Below, piece after piece: positions 30,839-41,322 of a stretch of DNA of 64,000 bases. Below the pieces are notes generated by a model. That model did no database searches and had not been told where the DNA came from. It was given only the letters and a program-made list of their open reading frames with translations. The first letter of the stretch is position 1. Each line of letters begins with the position of its first letter. Source of the DNA: Escherichia phage vB_EcoM_JE01; sequence record PQ471460.1; one strand, 5' to 3'. The translations under genes and the position numbers were made by a program.

Positions 30839-32896
30839 ATGGAACTTATTACAGAATTATTTGACGGCGCTTCGGCGCCGGTTGTTAACTTAAATCCTAA
30901 GCATAAAATACCTCAAATTTTTGCTATTCAAGCAGGTGAAGAAAGCGTGCTTCCTGGATTTAGATTTTGTACATACACCTCTGGCGGTGATACAAACAAA
31001 AACGTTAAGCCAGGCGATAAAATGATGCATATCGTAATGATAGGTGTTAATGAGAAACTATCATTAGTTAAACTTAAAAACTTGGGTGGAAATCCAATTG
31101 GTGTTATTAATGCAGTTTTTGATACTGCTCTTCAAACAATGAAACAGTATAAAATTGACGCATGCCTATTCCGCGTACTAAAGAGTAAAACAAACGGTGC
31201 AGCTCGTCAAATGCAAGTTATTGCCGACCGTTTAGTACGTACTAAAGGAGCAGGTCGATATGTTCTTTTAAAGGAAATCTGGGACTATGATAAGAAATAT
31301 GCATATATTATGGTTTATCGTAAAAATGCCAATTTAGAAGACATTCCAGGTGTACCTCCTATTTCAACTGAGTTATTCACAAAGGTTGAATCAAAGGTTG
31401 GTGATGTTTATGTAGATGTTAAAACAGGTAATGCTGTTCCTAAAGCTGTTGCTGTTGCTGCTTCTATTGCTTTAGAAAATGATAAGCGCACGGATCAAGC
31501 TGTAATTCAAAAAACTAAAATTAGTCGTCGATTAGCAGCACAAGCTCAATATTCTACTGTCGATGCTTCACTTCAGGGTGATAGCTTCGCTGCTAAGAAA
31601 TACCAAGAGTTTGAATCTAAAGTTCCGGTATATAAAGCAGAAGGACCAATGAACTCCGGCGTTATTCAGGTTGGTTCAAACTTCAGCAAAGGAGCTATCG
31701 GTGGTATGAGAAGTGCTTCTCGTTTTAAATCTAATGATTATGAACTAGAAAGCTTCCGAAATCATATTGCATTGGCTCATGCACGTTTACGTGATCCATC
31801 TATCAAGTTACAGAGCGATATAACATATCAAGGTTCTCAAGAATATTTAAAGAATAAAGAATTTTTTGATTATAAAACTGATAAAATTTTAAGCGATCTT
31901 GCTGACATTAATATTTCTAATAGCTTTGATGTTATTAAGAAAATCGTCAATGATTTAGTTAAAGGTTCTAAAGCCACGCCAGATGAAAAGGTAGCTATTG
32001 TTCAATTTGTCATGAATGGCGTGTATAAATTGATTAATGAGTCTGCTTCTCAAGCGTATGAATATGCAAGTACTGAAGTACCCCCAAAAGGATTAACTCA
32101 GGCTGAGTCTGATGTAATTGAAGATTATTGTGCAGATTCATATGTTGAAATGAACTCGTTCCTTTTAGGTAAACCGGATTCTACCCGTGAAGAATATATG
32201 GAACGAGCTATTAAACACATCGAGACAATGGATTCTGCCTTTGCCAAAGGATCAGTTCTTCCTCCAGGAACTACACTTTACCGTGGGCAAGAAGTTACTT
32301 TTAAAACTTTACGTCATAATATTGAAAATAAAATGTTCTATTTCAAGAACTTCGTATCCACATCGCTTAAACCAAATATCTTCGGTGAGTATGGTAAAAA
32401 CTATATGGCTCTAGATGATTCCAGTACAGTATTTTCTGGTGAAGGAGAAGGTTCAGTTGATGCTGAAGATTTAATGCATATGGGTAGTCACTCTGCTTAT
32501 GCGAATGAAGATGCTGAAACTAGCGTAGGTATGGTAATTAAAGGGGCTGAGCGAATTAAAGTTATCGTTCCAGGTCATTTATCAGGATTTCCATCAGAAG
32601 CTGAAGTTATTTTACCACGTGGAATTTTGCTGAAGATTAATAAAGTGAGTACGTACATGATGAAAGAAACTGCTTATAACAAGTATCTAATCGAAGGCAC
32701 AATCGTTCCTCCTTCTGAACAATTAGAAGAATCGGTATATGATGGCGACCACCTGATGGAAACTGGTGAAGTTCGTCCAATGACTGGGTTTAATCAATTC
32801 CTTGTAGAAGAATCAAAAGAAGAGGAAAACGAAGTTTCTCAAATCTTGGCTTCTTTGATTAACATCAACGGAATGTCTAAAAAGTTCAAAATGTAG
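30839..32896 (+). CDS. Alt-type ADP-ribosyltransferase, paralog 2 (tandem)
   Basis: 685 aa; N-terminal about 200 aa closely similar to paralog 1; retains YRGQE, FVSTSL, SEAEVILPRG and conserved YDGDHLMETGEV; central region divergent. Confidence 0.8.
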   Translation: MELITELFDGASAPVVNLNPKHKIPQIFAIQAGEESVLPGFRFCTYTSGGDTNKNVKPGDKMMHIVMIGVNEKLSLVKLKNLGGNPIGVINAVFDTALQTMKQYKIDACLFRVLKSKTNGAARQMQVIADRLVRTKGAGRYVLLKEIWDYDKKYAYIMVYRKNANLEDIPGVPPISTELFTKVESKVGDVYVDVKTGNAVPKAVAVAASIALENDKRTDQAVIQKTKISRRLAAQAQYSTVDASLQGDSFAAKKYQEFESKVPVYKAEGPMNSGVIQVGSNFSKGAIGGMRSASRFKSNDYELESFRNHIALAHARLRDPSIKLQSDITYQGSQEYLKNKEFFDYKTDKILSDLADINISNSFDVIKKIVNDLVKGSKATPDEKVAIVQFVMNGVYKLINESASQAYEYASTEVPPKGLTQAESDVIEDYCADSYVEMNSFLLGKPDSTREEYMERAIKHIETMDSAFAKGSVLPPGTTLYRGQEVTFKTLRHNIENKMFYFKNFVSTSLKPNIFGEYGKNYMALDDSSTVFSGEGEGSVDAEDLMHMGSHSAYANEDAETSVGMVIKGAERIKVIVPGHLSGFPSEAEVILPRGILLKINKVSTYMMKETAYNKYLIEGTIVPPSEQLEESVYDGDHLMETGEVRPMTGFNQFLVEESKEEENEVSQILASLININGMSKKFKM

Positions 32897-32949
32897 TTTA
32901 CAAGTCCCTCGTGTTGTGTTATAGTAATCTTACTGACATAACATGAGGA
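32896..32949 (+). repeat. Copy B of the ~54-bp promoter-containing repeat
   Basis: gtttacaagtccctcgtgttgtgttatagta[atc]ttactgacataacatgagga; matches 17203..17256 with a 3-nt difference. Confidence 0.8.
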
Positions 32950-32956
32950 ACACAAA

Positions 32957-33247
32957 ATGAAATCTTCTTTGCGCTTTTTAGGTCAAGAACTTGTAGTTGA
33001 AGGCGTTATTCCTGCTGATAACGCCTTTAATGAAGCAGTTTATGATGAATTTATCAAAATTTTTGGAACAGATAAAAAGTTCGGAATTTTTCCTTCTGAA
33101 AATTTTTCAAAGCCAGAGCAGACTGAAAGTATTTTCCAAGGTGTAGTAACAGGTAAATTTGAGTCAGAAGCTCCAGTAAAAATTGAAGTTTATATTGAAG
33201 ACAGTTTAGTTGCTTCAGTTTCTGCTTTTATTTCATTCCGTAAATAA
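32957..33247 (+). CDS. Small ORF downstream of the alt pair (96 aa), function unknown
   Basis: ATG with GAGGA SD inside the repeat; ends at a bidirectional terminator. Confidence 0.55.
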   Translation: MKSSLRFLGQELVVEGVIPADNAFNEAVYDEFIKIFGTDKKFGIFPSENFSKPEQTESIFQGVVTGKFESEAPVKIEVYIEDSLVASVSAFISFRK

Positions 33248-33251
33248 AAAT

Positions 33252-33273
33252 ATGGGGACCTTTCGGTCCCCAT
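33252..33273. terminator. Bidirectional hairpin terminator between convergent genes
   Basis: atggggacctttcggtccccat palindrome between the + ORF and gene 54 (-). Confidence 0.65.
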
Positions 33274-33275
33274 TG

Positions 33276-34241
33276 TTATATTGCTCCTAATATTTTACTT
33301 TGCGAATTGACAATTCCCGTCATAGTATTAATGTTTGAAATGCTTCCTGCAGTTCCTCCTAATCTACTAAGTCGTGAAAGCGAATTAGATAGTCCAGTAA
33401 CACCTCCACTATTTCCGAGAACGCTTTGAATGCCATTTATAGCAGCAGATTCAAGCCACTCAAGCGCAGCCTGTCTATCAACTGACCCAGCCTGCATGAC
33501 TCTATACGCAAAAGTAACATCAAATGTAGTTATTTGGTTATCTCCATCATATGATAACTCAGGAGCGCTCACTGACACTGGAATGCATCCAGTGAACATC
33601 ACCGCAGTATGAGGTAATCCATTACGAGCATGAAGATTAACCTGAATATCTGCCTCGACATCTTGTGGCAAAGCACGCAATCCAGTTACTGGGTCTTGAA
33701 CAGCGTTAACCCAGTCTTGCATTGCACGATAATTACATGCTTCTGAATCCATTCTAAATGAAATAACCAAAGGGTCTAATTCTCTCCCAGTTATACGAAT
33801 ATTAGGAGAATTATAGTTCCAGTCAGTTTCATAGGATAATCTATTCTCTGGCATTTTTACAGAATATATCATCAATCCAGATGAGTTATATGCCATGTTA
33901 AAGAAGTCAATTAAATATGTACCAACTGTAAATGAGCCCAATAAACTTTGAACTGTACGTTGACTCATGGCACCAATAAGATATTTACTAACCCCTGATT
34001 TTCTTATCAGTTTTTGTGTGCCAGCAGTAATTAGCGTGGTAATTCCCTGATTAATATCGCCTTGAGTCAATCCTAACCATTCTGAATTTAGACCCAAGTT
34101 ATTATAAGAAAAGTTGCTAATTGAACTTATCAACGAAGAGCTTTTAGTTGATGGAGTTGTCGCAAAAACGCAGCTAAACATATTATTACGTTGGAAATCT
34201 GCGTTTATTGCTTGATTATTAAATTCCTCTAAAGAATACAT
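33276..34241 (-). CDS. 54: gp54 baseplate tail-tube initiator
   Basis: 321-aa ORF, position and length as T4 gp54; ATGA-coupled to gene 48. Confidence 0.85.
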   Translation of the reverse strand: MYSLEEFNNQAINADFQRNNMFSCVFATTPSTKSSSLISSISNFSYNNLGLNSEWLGLTQGDINQGITTLITAGTQKLIRKSGVSKYLIGAMSQRTVQSLLGSFTVGTYLIDFFNMAYNSSGLMIYSVKMPENRLSYETDWNYNSPNIRITGRELDPLVISFRMDSEACNYRAMQDWVNAVQDPVTGLRALPQDVEADIQVNLHARNGLPHTAVMFTGCIPVSVSAPELSYDGDNQITTFDVTFAYRVMQAGSVDRQAALEWLESAAINGIQSVLGNSGGVTGLSNSLSRLSRLGGTAGSISNINTMTGIVNSQSKILGAI

Positions 34242-35335
34242 TAAAAAGTCCCCGCATATAAAGAAGCACGGTTTAACGTGATAATTTCTCTCATAGTAAT
34301 CTCAAGGGTAAATGTACTAGGGAGGTTTGGAGCAATAGCTAATCCGTTAAAGTTACCATTAGGTGTTTTATCAAATCTGATACTCTGTATTTGACATGGA
34401 CCAAATATTTCCGTTTTTCCATCAAACTTAGATGTTGCACCAAAGTTTTTCACCATCCAAATTGTCGGGTTTGAAACTACTAGAACGTTAGTTAAACTCG
34501 ATGTCATTTTCTCAAATAGTGTTTTATTTTTAGCTGCGTCTTCCGGAGATAAAGGTTCAATTAATGTAGAACGATACCAATCATCTAAATACCCCTTTAT
34601 TTCAGCAGCATATTGAGATTTGCCCGTTTCACCATAAGAAAAATAGTTAAAATATTGATAGATATTAATAATAGCCATTAAATCTTCTGTGGAACGTGGA
34701 GTCAAATCCCATGTGAACACTTTAGTTCTATTTTCAGCACCACCATACATACTTCTGGCTGTCGTATAAATCTGTTCATTATTATCAGCCATTATACCTT
34801 GCGTTATACTTTCTAGCGCACCAAATACTGCAGTTGAAGCAATATTACTTAGCACACCAGTGGCAGTACCTCCACCTCTGCTGATAAGACTTTCTTGAAC
34901 ATCATTAAATCTATGTGATGATGTATCAACATCGGATTTAGATCTTGGTAAAAGAATATTTGCAACAGGTGCTTTACTTATTGTTCCTGAATTATTATCT
35001 GATATTAATCCATTTGATAGTTTTGATACTGTACTACTAATAGTGTTTCTGGCTGTACGTAAAATACTCGAAGATGAAGAAGAGTAGTTAGATCTCATCG
35101 ATCTAAGACTTCCAGAATCCCTAGATGACATATTGTATGCAGTAAATAATAATCCATTCTTATATAGATCTGTTACCTGGAAGTCCCCTGTAGTGTCATT
35201 ACCACTAGCACGCCCAGTTGGAAACTGGGCAGTGTATGTTTTAGTTGCTACTTCTGATTTAGTACTCTGTCCGGCTGAAATTTTCTCACCGGACTTTTTA
35301 ATTAAATCAGCAGTTATTTCTTTAACAATTGCCAT
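34241..35335 (-). CDS. 48: gp48 baseplate tail-tube junction protein
   Basis: 364-aa ORF in the 29-48-54 order. Confidence 0.85.
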   Translation of the reverse strand: MAIVKEITADLIKKSGEKISAGQSTKSEVATKTYTAQFPTGRASGNDTTGDFQVTDLYKNGLLFTAYNMSSRDSGSLRSMRSNYSSSSSSILRTARNTISSTVSKLSNGLISDNNSGTISKAPVANILLPRSKSDVDTSSHRFNDVQESLISRGGGTATGVLSNIASTAVFGALESITQGIMADNNEQIYTTARSMYGGAENRTKVFTWDLTPRSTEDLMAIINIYQYFNYFSYGETGKSQYAAEIKGYLDDWYRSTLIEPLSPEDAAKNKTLFEKMTSSLTNVLVVSNPTIWMVKNFGATSKFDGKTEIFGPCQIQSIRFDKTPNGNFNGLAIAPNLPSTFTLEITMREIITLNRASLYAGTF

Positions 35336-35343
35336 ATTATTCC

Positions 35344-37116
35344 TTAATTAACTCCAGTCGCATCAAATACACCAGGAGCAGTCGTGCTCGTTACGGGTGT
35401 CATATTATGAACGACAGTATTTTTCTTAACAACATTATTAGTATTATTGATCGAAGGAGATGCTTGTTGAACAGGAGCTTGTTGTGCTTTGTTCTTTTCA
35501 ATAACCTGGACTTGTTTTGCTTCTGGCGATTTAGCAGAAGTTTCAGGTTTGGCATTAGGCTGATTTTTCTTGAGCTCTTGATAAGTAGCATCAATTTTAG
35601 AAAATCTAGCAGCAAGCTCTTTTTTAACTGCCGGTGAATTATTTAAATCCGGATCATCCATCCGTTTTTTAAGGTCTTCATAGGCAGCTTCAACTGATTT
35701 AACTGTTGAGTCTTTACTCATATCAGCTGAATCGGCATATTGATCAAAACGATTCATAGCAGCACGAGCTTCATTAGCTTTCATTAAAGCAATTTTAGCT
35801 TCCTCCGGAGAAAGTTGCTTTAATTTTTCTTCTTCCTCTGCCCTCTCTTCATCAGTCGTTAGTGCTTCTTTATTATCAACACCACGAATCCAGTTAGATG
35901 CACGAGTTTTCCAGTTCGCAATTTTGTCTAGTCCTTTTGCTATCGGACCAAGTTCTCCATTCATTCTTTTATATTGATAGTTTGCAACTTTTTCTTGGTC
36001 TTCTTTGTTAAGAGAAGCATTTGTAGTATTTTGGAAATTTTCTAGTGCTCTTCCTTCTACTTCATCAGCGGTATCCTTCATGCCAGGAATGACTCGAAGA
36101 ATTGCAGCAGATAATTTAGCCATACCTAATTGAATAAGCTCTCCTAAATTAAAAAGAACCTTTCCAAGCCCTTCTACAATAGCTACAGTCAAACCACCCC
36201 AGTCTCCCGCTTCCCAGAATTTTTTAATTTCATCGATAGAACTAAAGATGCTTTGTAATAAAGGACCCCATGTTCCGGTTTCGCTAGAGAATTTAGTAAA
36301 GTCTGTACTAAACAAATCCCAAGCTTGCGAAAATTTATCTGACCAATATTTAAAGTGAACCATCAGCAGGTCTATTCCGACAACAACAGCCAATATCATT
36401 GCTGTCATTTTAGCAGCTTCAATAGCAGCACTGACGGTATACTTAAATAACATGCTTGATATTTTATCAGTAATTGAAATGGATTTCTTAAATCCAAAAT
36501 CAACAGTCTTTGTTAATTTATCTAAAGCTTGAGATAATTTTAAGTTAAATGCGTCTTTTTTCTGTTTTTCTTCTGGCGATTCTTGTTTGGGCTCAACTGG
36601 CTGAGGGGTAGGGAAAAAATCAGCATCAGGATCATTATTAACTGCTTCAGGAGCTGGTAATAAAGGACCCACAGATTCAGCTGTATCGTCCTCAACAACT
36701 TTAACAGGAATAGCGCTTTCAACTGTGGCTAAACTAGTTCCAGTCTGTTGAATTCCAGCTGTCTGAATTTTTTGCTCTAGTAAACTTGTTAATTTATCTA
36801 ATTTGCTCCCGAGTGATTCACCAATTTCTTTATTAATATTGTTGCCAATTTCGACAGTTTCAGCAATTAACTCAGAACCAGCAGTAGTATCACTCACTGC
36901 GCTTTCTACGTTGTCAATTGCTCCAATTATTTCATTCGATTTTTCTTCGACAGTTTGAGCAATTAATTCAGAAGCAGCTTGAGCATCATCCAATTTCGTA
37001 GATATATCGTTAAGTCCAGATAAAGTGTTAGAAGCGGATTTAGCCGCTTCCTGTGTTGGTTTATTATCTGAAATAACTTTTCTACGCATCGTTTGCATTT
37101 CTTGTGGCTTTTTCAT
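35344..37116 (-). CDS. 29: gp29 tail-length tape measure / baseplate hub protein
   Basis: 590-aa ORF, helical, with central hydrophobic segment; length as T4 gp29. Confidence 0.85.
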   Translation of the reverse strand: MKKPQEMQTMRRKVISDNKPTQEAAKSASNTLSGLNDISTKLDDAQAASELIAQTVEEKSNEIIGAIDNVESAVSDTTAGSELIAETVEIGNNINKEIGESLGSKLDKLTSLLEQKIQTAGIQQTGTSLATVESAIPVKVVEDDTAESVGPLLPAPEAVNNDPDADFFPTPQPVEPKQESPEEKQKKDAFNLKLSQALDKLTKTVDFGFKKSISITDKISSMLFKYTVSAAIEAAKMTAMILAVVVGIDLLMVHFKYWSDKFSQAWDLFSTDFTKFSSETGTWGPLLQSIFSSIDEIKKFWEAGDWGGLTVAIVEGLGKVLFNLGELIQLGMAKLSAAILRVIPGMKDTADEVEGRALENFQNTTNASLNKEDQEKVANYQYKRMNGELGPIAKGLDKIANWKTRASNWIRGVDNKEALTTDEERAEEEEKLKQLSPEEAKIALMKANEARAAMNRFDQYADSADMSKDSTVKSVEAAYEDLKKRMDDPDLNNSPAVKKELAARFSKIDATYQELKKNQPNAKPETSAKSPEAKQVQVIEKNKAQQAPVQQASPSINNTNNVVKKNTVVHNMTPVTSTTAPGVFDATGVN

Positions 37117-37646
37117 TCAAATAATCCAATAATATTGCCAATTCCGGTTATTGGACCATTAGGGCCAGGAATTGCTAAAGTTGTAAAAATATCATTTGCC
37201 CATTTTAAAACGAATGCTGGCATCTCAAGAAAATTAATTTCTTTAACTTCATCATTGACCTTAAGCAAGCACTTGGATAACATATCGCTCACCGTTAAAA
37301 ATTGTTCAAATTTTCCAGGAGGTCTAAAATAAAATGTATTTCCTTGGTATTGAAATTCCAATCTTTGGCATACATAAACATCATTAATGTCATAAGTATA
37401 ACCATCTATTTCTTTACGAGATTTAATCTTTCCATTAAATTCCAATAAATGAATAGAAACGAAATCAACTTCTGCCGGTGATAAATTTGGACAAATAGAA
37501 TCGATCAAAAGTTTTAAATTTTCATCGGGTCCTTTAACATCTTTTAAAATGTTATAATGTTTAAGACCCATTTTAGGAATAGAAACTTCTTTATTGCTTA
37601 TTGGAAGAACTACTTTCTTCAGTGGTAGTATCAGATTTAAATTCAT
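37113..37646 (-). CDS. 28: gp28 baseplate hub distal subunit
   Basis: 177-aa ORF. Confidence 0.8.
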   Translation of the reverse strand: MNLNLILPLKKVVLPISNKEVSIPKMGLKHYNILKDVKGPDENLKLLIDSICPNLSPAEVDFVSIHLLEFNGKIKSRKEIDGYTYDINDVYVCQRLEFQYQGNTFYFRPPGKFEQFLTVSDMLSKCLLKVNDEVKEINFLEMPAFVLKWANDIFTTLAIPGPNGPITGIGNIIGLFE

Positions 37647-38766
37647 TTTTAACCTTAACTGGGTCTATTGTTTCCAGTTTCGTTGCATTAGTGAACATAT
37701 ATAGATGAGTTACTGAATTATTATTGGATAATTCATGGATGACTTCATCAACGTAAAATTCTGTTTTAAATTGGTTTTTACTATCATTAAAAATAATTTT
37801 AACGCCAGGAGTCAAGTTAAAATTACCGACAGTAGAACATTTAGCATAGCCGTCATATTGTGCCATAGTTTGAAGACGAATAGCTTCTTCATATCCATTC
37901 CTATAAGTCATTTCAGAATAAGCACCTGACCTTGACACTACAATAGAGTTTTCGCCTTTTCCTGTAGTAATCATTGGCAATGAAGAATCTAAAAATGAAT
38001 GCGCGTAGATAGTAGCGTTTTTCATTGGGTCACGTTTGTGAGGATTCGATTTAGTCAACCAAACGAAATCATATGCTAATGGATATTTTAATTCTTGGAT
38101 GAATTGACCTATTAAAGATGGCTCACCGACAATCATTGGATACGGTTCTTGATTTATCATCATATCATAGTCCATCATGTTAACTCCCATGATGTCTTGC
38201 CATACAAATACAAATTTGTCACTTCCTACAGCTAGAGCAACTTCTCTGACATATGACAAATAGTTTTCAAATGTACTAGTCCATGGAATATCAGGAACAT
38301 AAGCATTTATAGCATTTATCGCTGGAGTTAATAGTGTGCGATCTTGATAAATGACACCAAGCATTTCTTTTATAGATTCACCTGCATCAGGGAAAAACGG
38401 TCTGCCAAATTTAAGATTTTCTATAGAATGAATAGTTCCCAATTCAATAGCAATGATGTTATCACCTTTTGAATCTACTGACACTGAAAAATGCTTACAT
38501 CCATAAATTCTTGTTTTAACATTATTAATATCGTTTGCATTAGCTACAGAAATCTGAATTATTTCATTTCCATCCATTTTTGTATGGATATTTTTAGAAT
38601 CATAAAACTGCAACATTCCTTCATTTCGGCCATAAAGAGAATCCCGCATAGTTAATGTGGTAATAGTAGCAGCTAATTCAACAAATCTATTATTACTCCA
38701 AGCGTCGTAGCTATCAAACAATTTAACGCTGAGATTTGGATATCCTGGGCGTTGCAACATACTCAT
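37591..38766 (-). CDS. 27: gp27 baseplate hub subunit
   Basis: 391-aa ORF. Confidence 0.85.
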   Translation of the reverse strand: MSMLQRPGYPNLSVKLFDSYDAWSNNRFVELAATITTLTMRDSLYGRNEGMLQFYDSKNIHTKMDGNEIIQISVANANDINNVKTRIYGCKHFSVSVDSKGDNIIAIELGTIHSIENLKFGRPFFPDAGESIKEMLGVIYQDRTLLTPAINAINAYVPDIPWTSTFENYLSYVREVALAVGSDKFVFVWQDIMGVNMMDYDMMINQEPYPMIVGEPSLIGQFIQELKYPLAYDFVWLTKSNPHKRDPMKNATIYAHSFLDSSLPMITTGKGENSIVVSRSGAYSEMTYRNGYEEAIRLQTMAQYDGYAKCSTVGNFNLTPGVKIIFNDSKNQFKTEFYVDEVIHELSNNNSVTHLYMFTNATKLETIDPVKVKNEFKSDTTTEESSSSNKQ

Positions 38767-39515
38767 TATTGTTTATCCTTCTCAATCAGTTTTAATACGA
38801 ATCCGCGCTCGGCAGGAATCATTTTCATTATTGAATTTAAGCTATAATTACTTTTTACAAGTGTGTGATTAATTTGATAAAAAGTAAATATCTCATCTGG
38901 GTTAACTAATAGCTTAAACACATCTACTATATCAGTGTATTTTTTTACATACTTATCACAGCATGACATGTGTAGCGTTAAATTAATAGGATTCATTGCA
39001 TCGAGAATTTTTTCTAATGTTTCTATCTCGATGGCGTCAACAAGCTCTATTTGACTTGATTCGCTAATTTCCTTCCAATCATACCATGTTTCATCTACTT
39101 GAACAGAATGAATATTTTCAGTAATCATCTTTGCTTTATTTTCATAAAACTCAGAAGGAAACTTTAATTTAATTTTAACATTAGCTACATCAAAAACAGG
39201 TTCCTTTAATTCTTTTTGATATATTTCAAATGGAACTGTCTTTTCTTTTTTACATTTTGGACATACAAATGTGACCGGTACTTTAGTTTTACCTATTGAC
39301 CCTACAAATACCTGCAAAAATATAAATGGTTGCCAAGTCTTCGGATAGTCTCCAAAATAATCAGCAATTAAATCAGCAATTATTTCTTTTTGTTCTTGTG
39401 GTGACCGATGTTCTATATCGTTTCGAACTAACAAAAAATCTCGATAATCTTCTACCGTAAATGGTTTAAAACGATGAACACCATCTGGTAATTTACAACG
39501 AATAATGTTTGCCAT
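38766..39515 (-). CDS. 51: gp51 baseplate hub assembly catalyst
   Basis: 249-aa ORF; CPKCKK and CCDKY motifs. Confidence 0.8.
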   Translation of the reverse strand: MANIIRCKLPDGVHRFKPFTVEDYRDFLLVRNDIEHRSPQEQKEIIADLIADYFGDYPKTWQPFIFLQVFVGSIGKTKVPVTFVCPKCKKEKTVPFEIYQKELKEPVFDVANVKIKLKFPSEFYENKAKMITENIHSVQVDETWYDWKEISESSQIELVDAIEIETLEKILDAMNPINLTLHMSCCDKYVKKYTDIVDVFKLLVNPDEIFTFYQINHTLVKSNYSLNSIMKMIPAERGFVLKLIEKDKQ

Positions 39516-39532
39516 AGATGCTCCTTTTATTC

Positions 39533-39544
39533 TATTTATAAATA
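39533..39544. promoter_or_regulatory. Overlapping divergent late promoters (gene 51 leftward, gene 26 rightward)
   Basis: tatttataaata: minus-strand TATAAATA at 39533..39540 and plus-strand TATAAATA at 39537..39544. Confidence 0.6.
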
Positions 39545-39565
39545 TGATAAATAAAGGAGCTAAAT

Positions 39566-40192
39566 ATGTATGAATACAAATTTGACGTGAGAGTTGGTTC
39601 TAAAATAATCAACTGTCGCGCATTTACTCTTAAAGAATATCTAGAACTTATTACTGCTAAAAAGAATGGTTCAGTCGAAGAGATCGTTAAAAAGCTAATT
39701 AAAGACTGTACAAATGCAAAAGATTTGAACCGCCAAGAATCAGAACTCTTGTTGATTCATTTATGGGCGCATTCTCTTGGGGAAGTTAATCACGAAAACT
39801 CCTGGAAGTGCACCTGCGGAACTGAAATACCAACCCATATAAATCTATTACATACGCAAATAGATGCACCAGAAGACCTCTGGTATACACTGGGTGACAT
39901 TAAAATTAAGTTCCATTACCCTAAAATTTTTGATGATAAAAATATAGCCCACATGATAGTATCATGTATAGAAACAATTCATGCTAACGGGGAAAGCATT
40001 CCAATTGAAGACTTAAATGAAAAAGAGTTGGAAGATTTATATTCTATCATCACAGAGTCAGATATTGTAGCTATAAAAGATATGCTTTTAAAGCCTACTG
40101 TTTATTTGGCTGTTCCAATTAAATGTCCAGAGTGTGGAAAATCTCACGCTCATGTAATAAGAGGACTCAAAGAATTCTTTGAGCTATTGTAA
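39566..40192 (+). CDS. 26: gp26 baseplate hub subunit
   Basis: 208-aa ORF, AAGGAG SD. Confidence 0.8.
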   Translation: MYEYKFDVRVGSKIINCRAFTLKEYLELITAKKNGSVEEIVKKLIKDCTNAKDLNRQESELLLIHLWAHSLGEVNHENSWKCTCGTEIPTHINLLHTQIDAPEDLWYTLGDIKIKFHYPKIFDDKNIAHMIVSCIETIHANGESIPIEDLNEKELEDLYSIITESDIVAIKDMLLKPTVYLAVPIKCPECGKSHAHVIRGLKEFFELL

Positions 40193-40590
40193 TGGCAAAT
40201 ATTAATAAGCTTTATTCTGACATTGACCCAGAAATGAAAATGGATTGGGACAAAGATGTTTCTAGATCCCTTGGATTAAGGTCAATCAAAAATAGCCTTT
40301 TGGGAATTATTACAACCAGAAAAGGGTCAAGACCATTTGACCCAGAATTTGGATGTGATTTATCTGATCAACTTTTTGAGAATATGACTCCTCTTACTGC
40401 TGATACAGTTGAGCGTAACATTGAAAGCGCAGTAAGAAACTACGAGCCACGTATTGATAAATTAGCAGTTAATGTAATACCGGTTTATGATGATTATACT
40501 CTGATAGTAGAAATACGCTTTTCAGTCATCGATAACCCTGATGATATTGAGCAGATAAAACTACAACTGGCTTCCAGTAACAGAGTATAA
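40192..40590 (+). CDS. 25: gp25 baseplate wedge subunit
   Basis: 132-aa ORF with ATGG overlap. Confidence 0.85.
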   Translation: MANINKLYSDIDPEMKMDWDKDVSRSLGLRSIKNSLLGIITTRKGSRPFDPEFGCDLSDQLFENMTPLTADTVERNIESAVRNYEPRIDKLAVNVIPVYDDYTLIVEIRFSVIDNPDDIEQIKLQLASSNRV

Positions 40591-40616
40591 TGCTTCACGT
40601 ATAAACGTGGTATAAT
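40588..40616 (+). promoter_or_regulatory. MotA-dependent middle promoter of uvsY (probable core of the ori(uvsY)/oriF origin)
   Basis: MotA box taaTGCTTcA 40588..40597, 13-bp spacer, TATAAT 40611..40616. Confidence 0.7.
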
Positions 40617-40656
40617 GAATCTAAGTCCATCCAATAACAATTGAATAGAGAACAAT

Positions 40657-41070
40657 ATGAGATTAGAAGATCTTCAAGAAGAATTGAAGAAAGATGTGTT
40701 TATAGATTCGACTAAATTACAGTATGAAGCAGCTAATAATGTGATGTTATATAGTAAATGGCTTAATAAGCATTCAAGTATTAAAAAGGAAATGCTTAGA
40801 ATTGAAGCACAGAAAAAAGTTGCTCTTAAAGCTAAATTAGACTACTACTCGGGACGAGGAGATGGTGATGAATTTAGTATGGATCGTTATGAAAAATCAG
40901 AAATGAAGACAGTTCTATCAGCTGATAAGGATGTTTTAAAAGTTGATACTTCATTACAATATTGGGGAATTTTATTGGATTTCTGTAGCGGAGCTCTTGA
41001 TGCTATTAAATCACGTGGATTTGCTATTAAGCATATTCAAGACATGCGAGCATTTGAGGCTGGAAAATAA
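40657..41070 (+). CDS. uvsY: UvsY recombination mediator
   Basis: 137-aa ORF MRLEDLQEELKKDVFIDSTKLQYEAANNVM... Confidence 0.9.
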   Translation: MRLEDLQEELKKDVFIDSTKLQYEAANNVMLYSKWLNKHSSIKKEMLRIEAQKKVALKAKLDYYSGRGDGDEFSMDRYEKSEMKTVLSADKDVLKVDTSLQYWGILLDFCSGALDAIKSRGFAIKHIQDMRAFEAGK

Positions 41071-41294
41071 TGAAATATAGCATTGATGATGCTTTTAATT
41101 ATGAAGAAGAATTCGAAACGGAAATTCAATTCTTAATGAAAAAGTATAATCTCAAGCGTCAGGATATTCGTATCCTGGCCGACCACCCATGCGGTGAAGA
41201 TGTCCTTTATATTAAAGGAAAATTTGCCGGATATCTTGATGAATATTTTTATTCTAAAGATATGGGCATTGATATGCATATGAGAGTTATATAA
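41070..41294 (+). CDS. Small ORF downstream of uvsY (74 aa)
   Basis: ATGA overlap with uvsY; CGED motif. Confidence 0.55.
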   Translation: MKYSIDDAFNYEEEFETEIQFLMKKYNLKRQDIRILADHPCGEDVLYIKGKFAGYLDEYFYSKDMGIDMHMRVI

Positions 41295-41322
41295 ATAGAT
41301 ATATAATTTAGAGGAGACAATC

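Noticed and set aside
35329-35637. Plus-strand 102-aa ORF at the gene 48/29 junction
   Set aside because: Overlaps the 3' end of gene 29 on the opposite strand; low-complexity translation; no start context.
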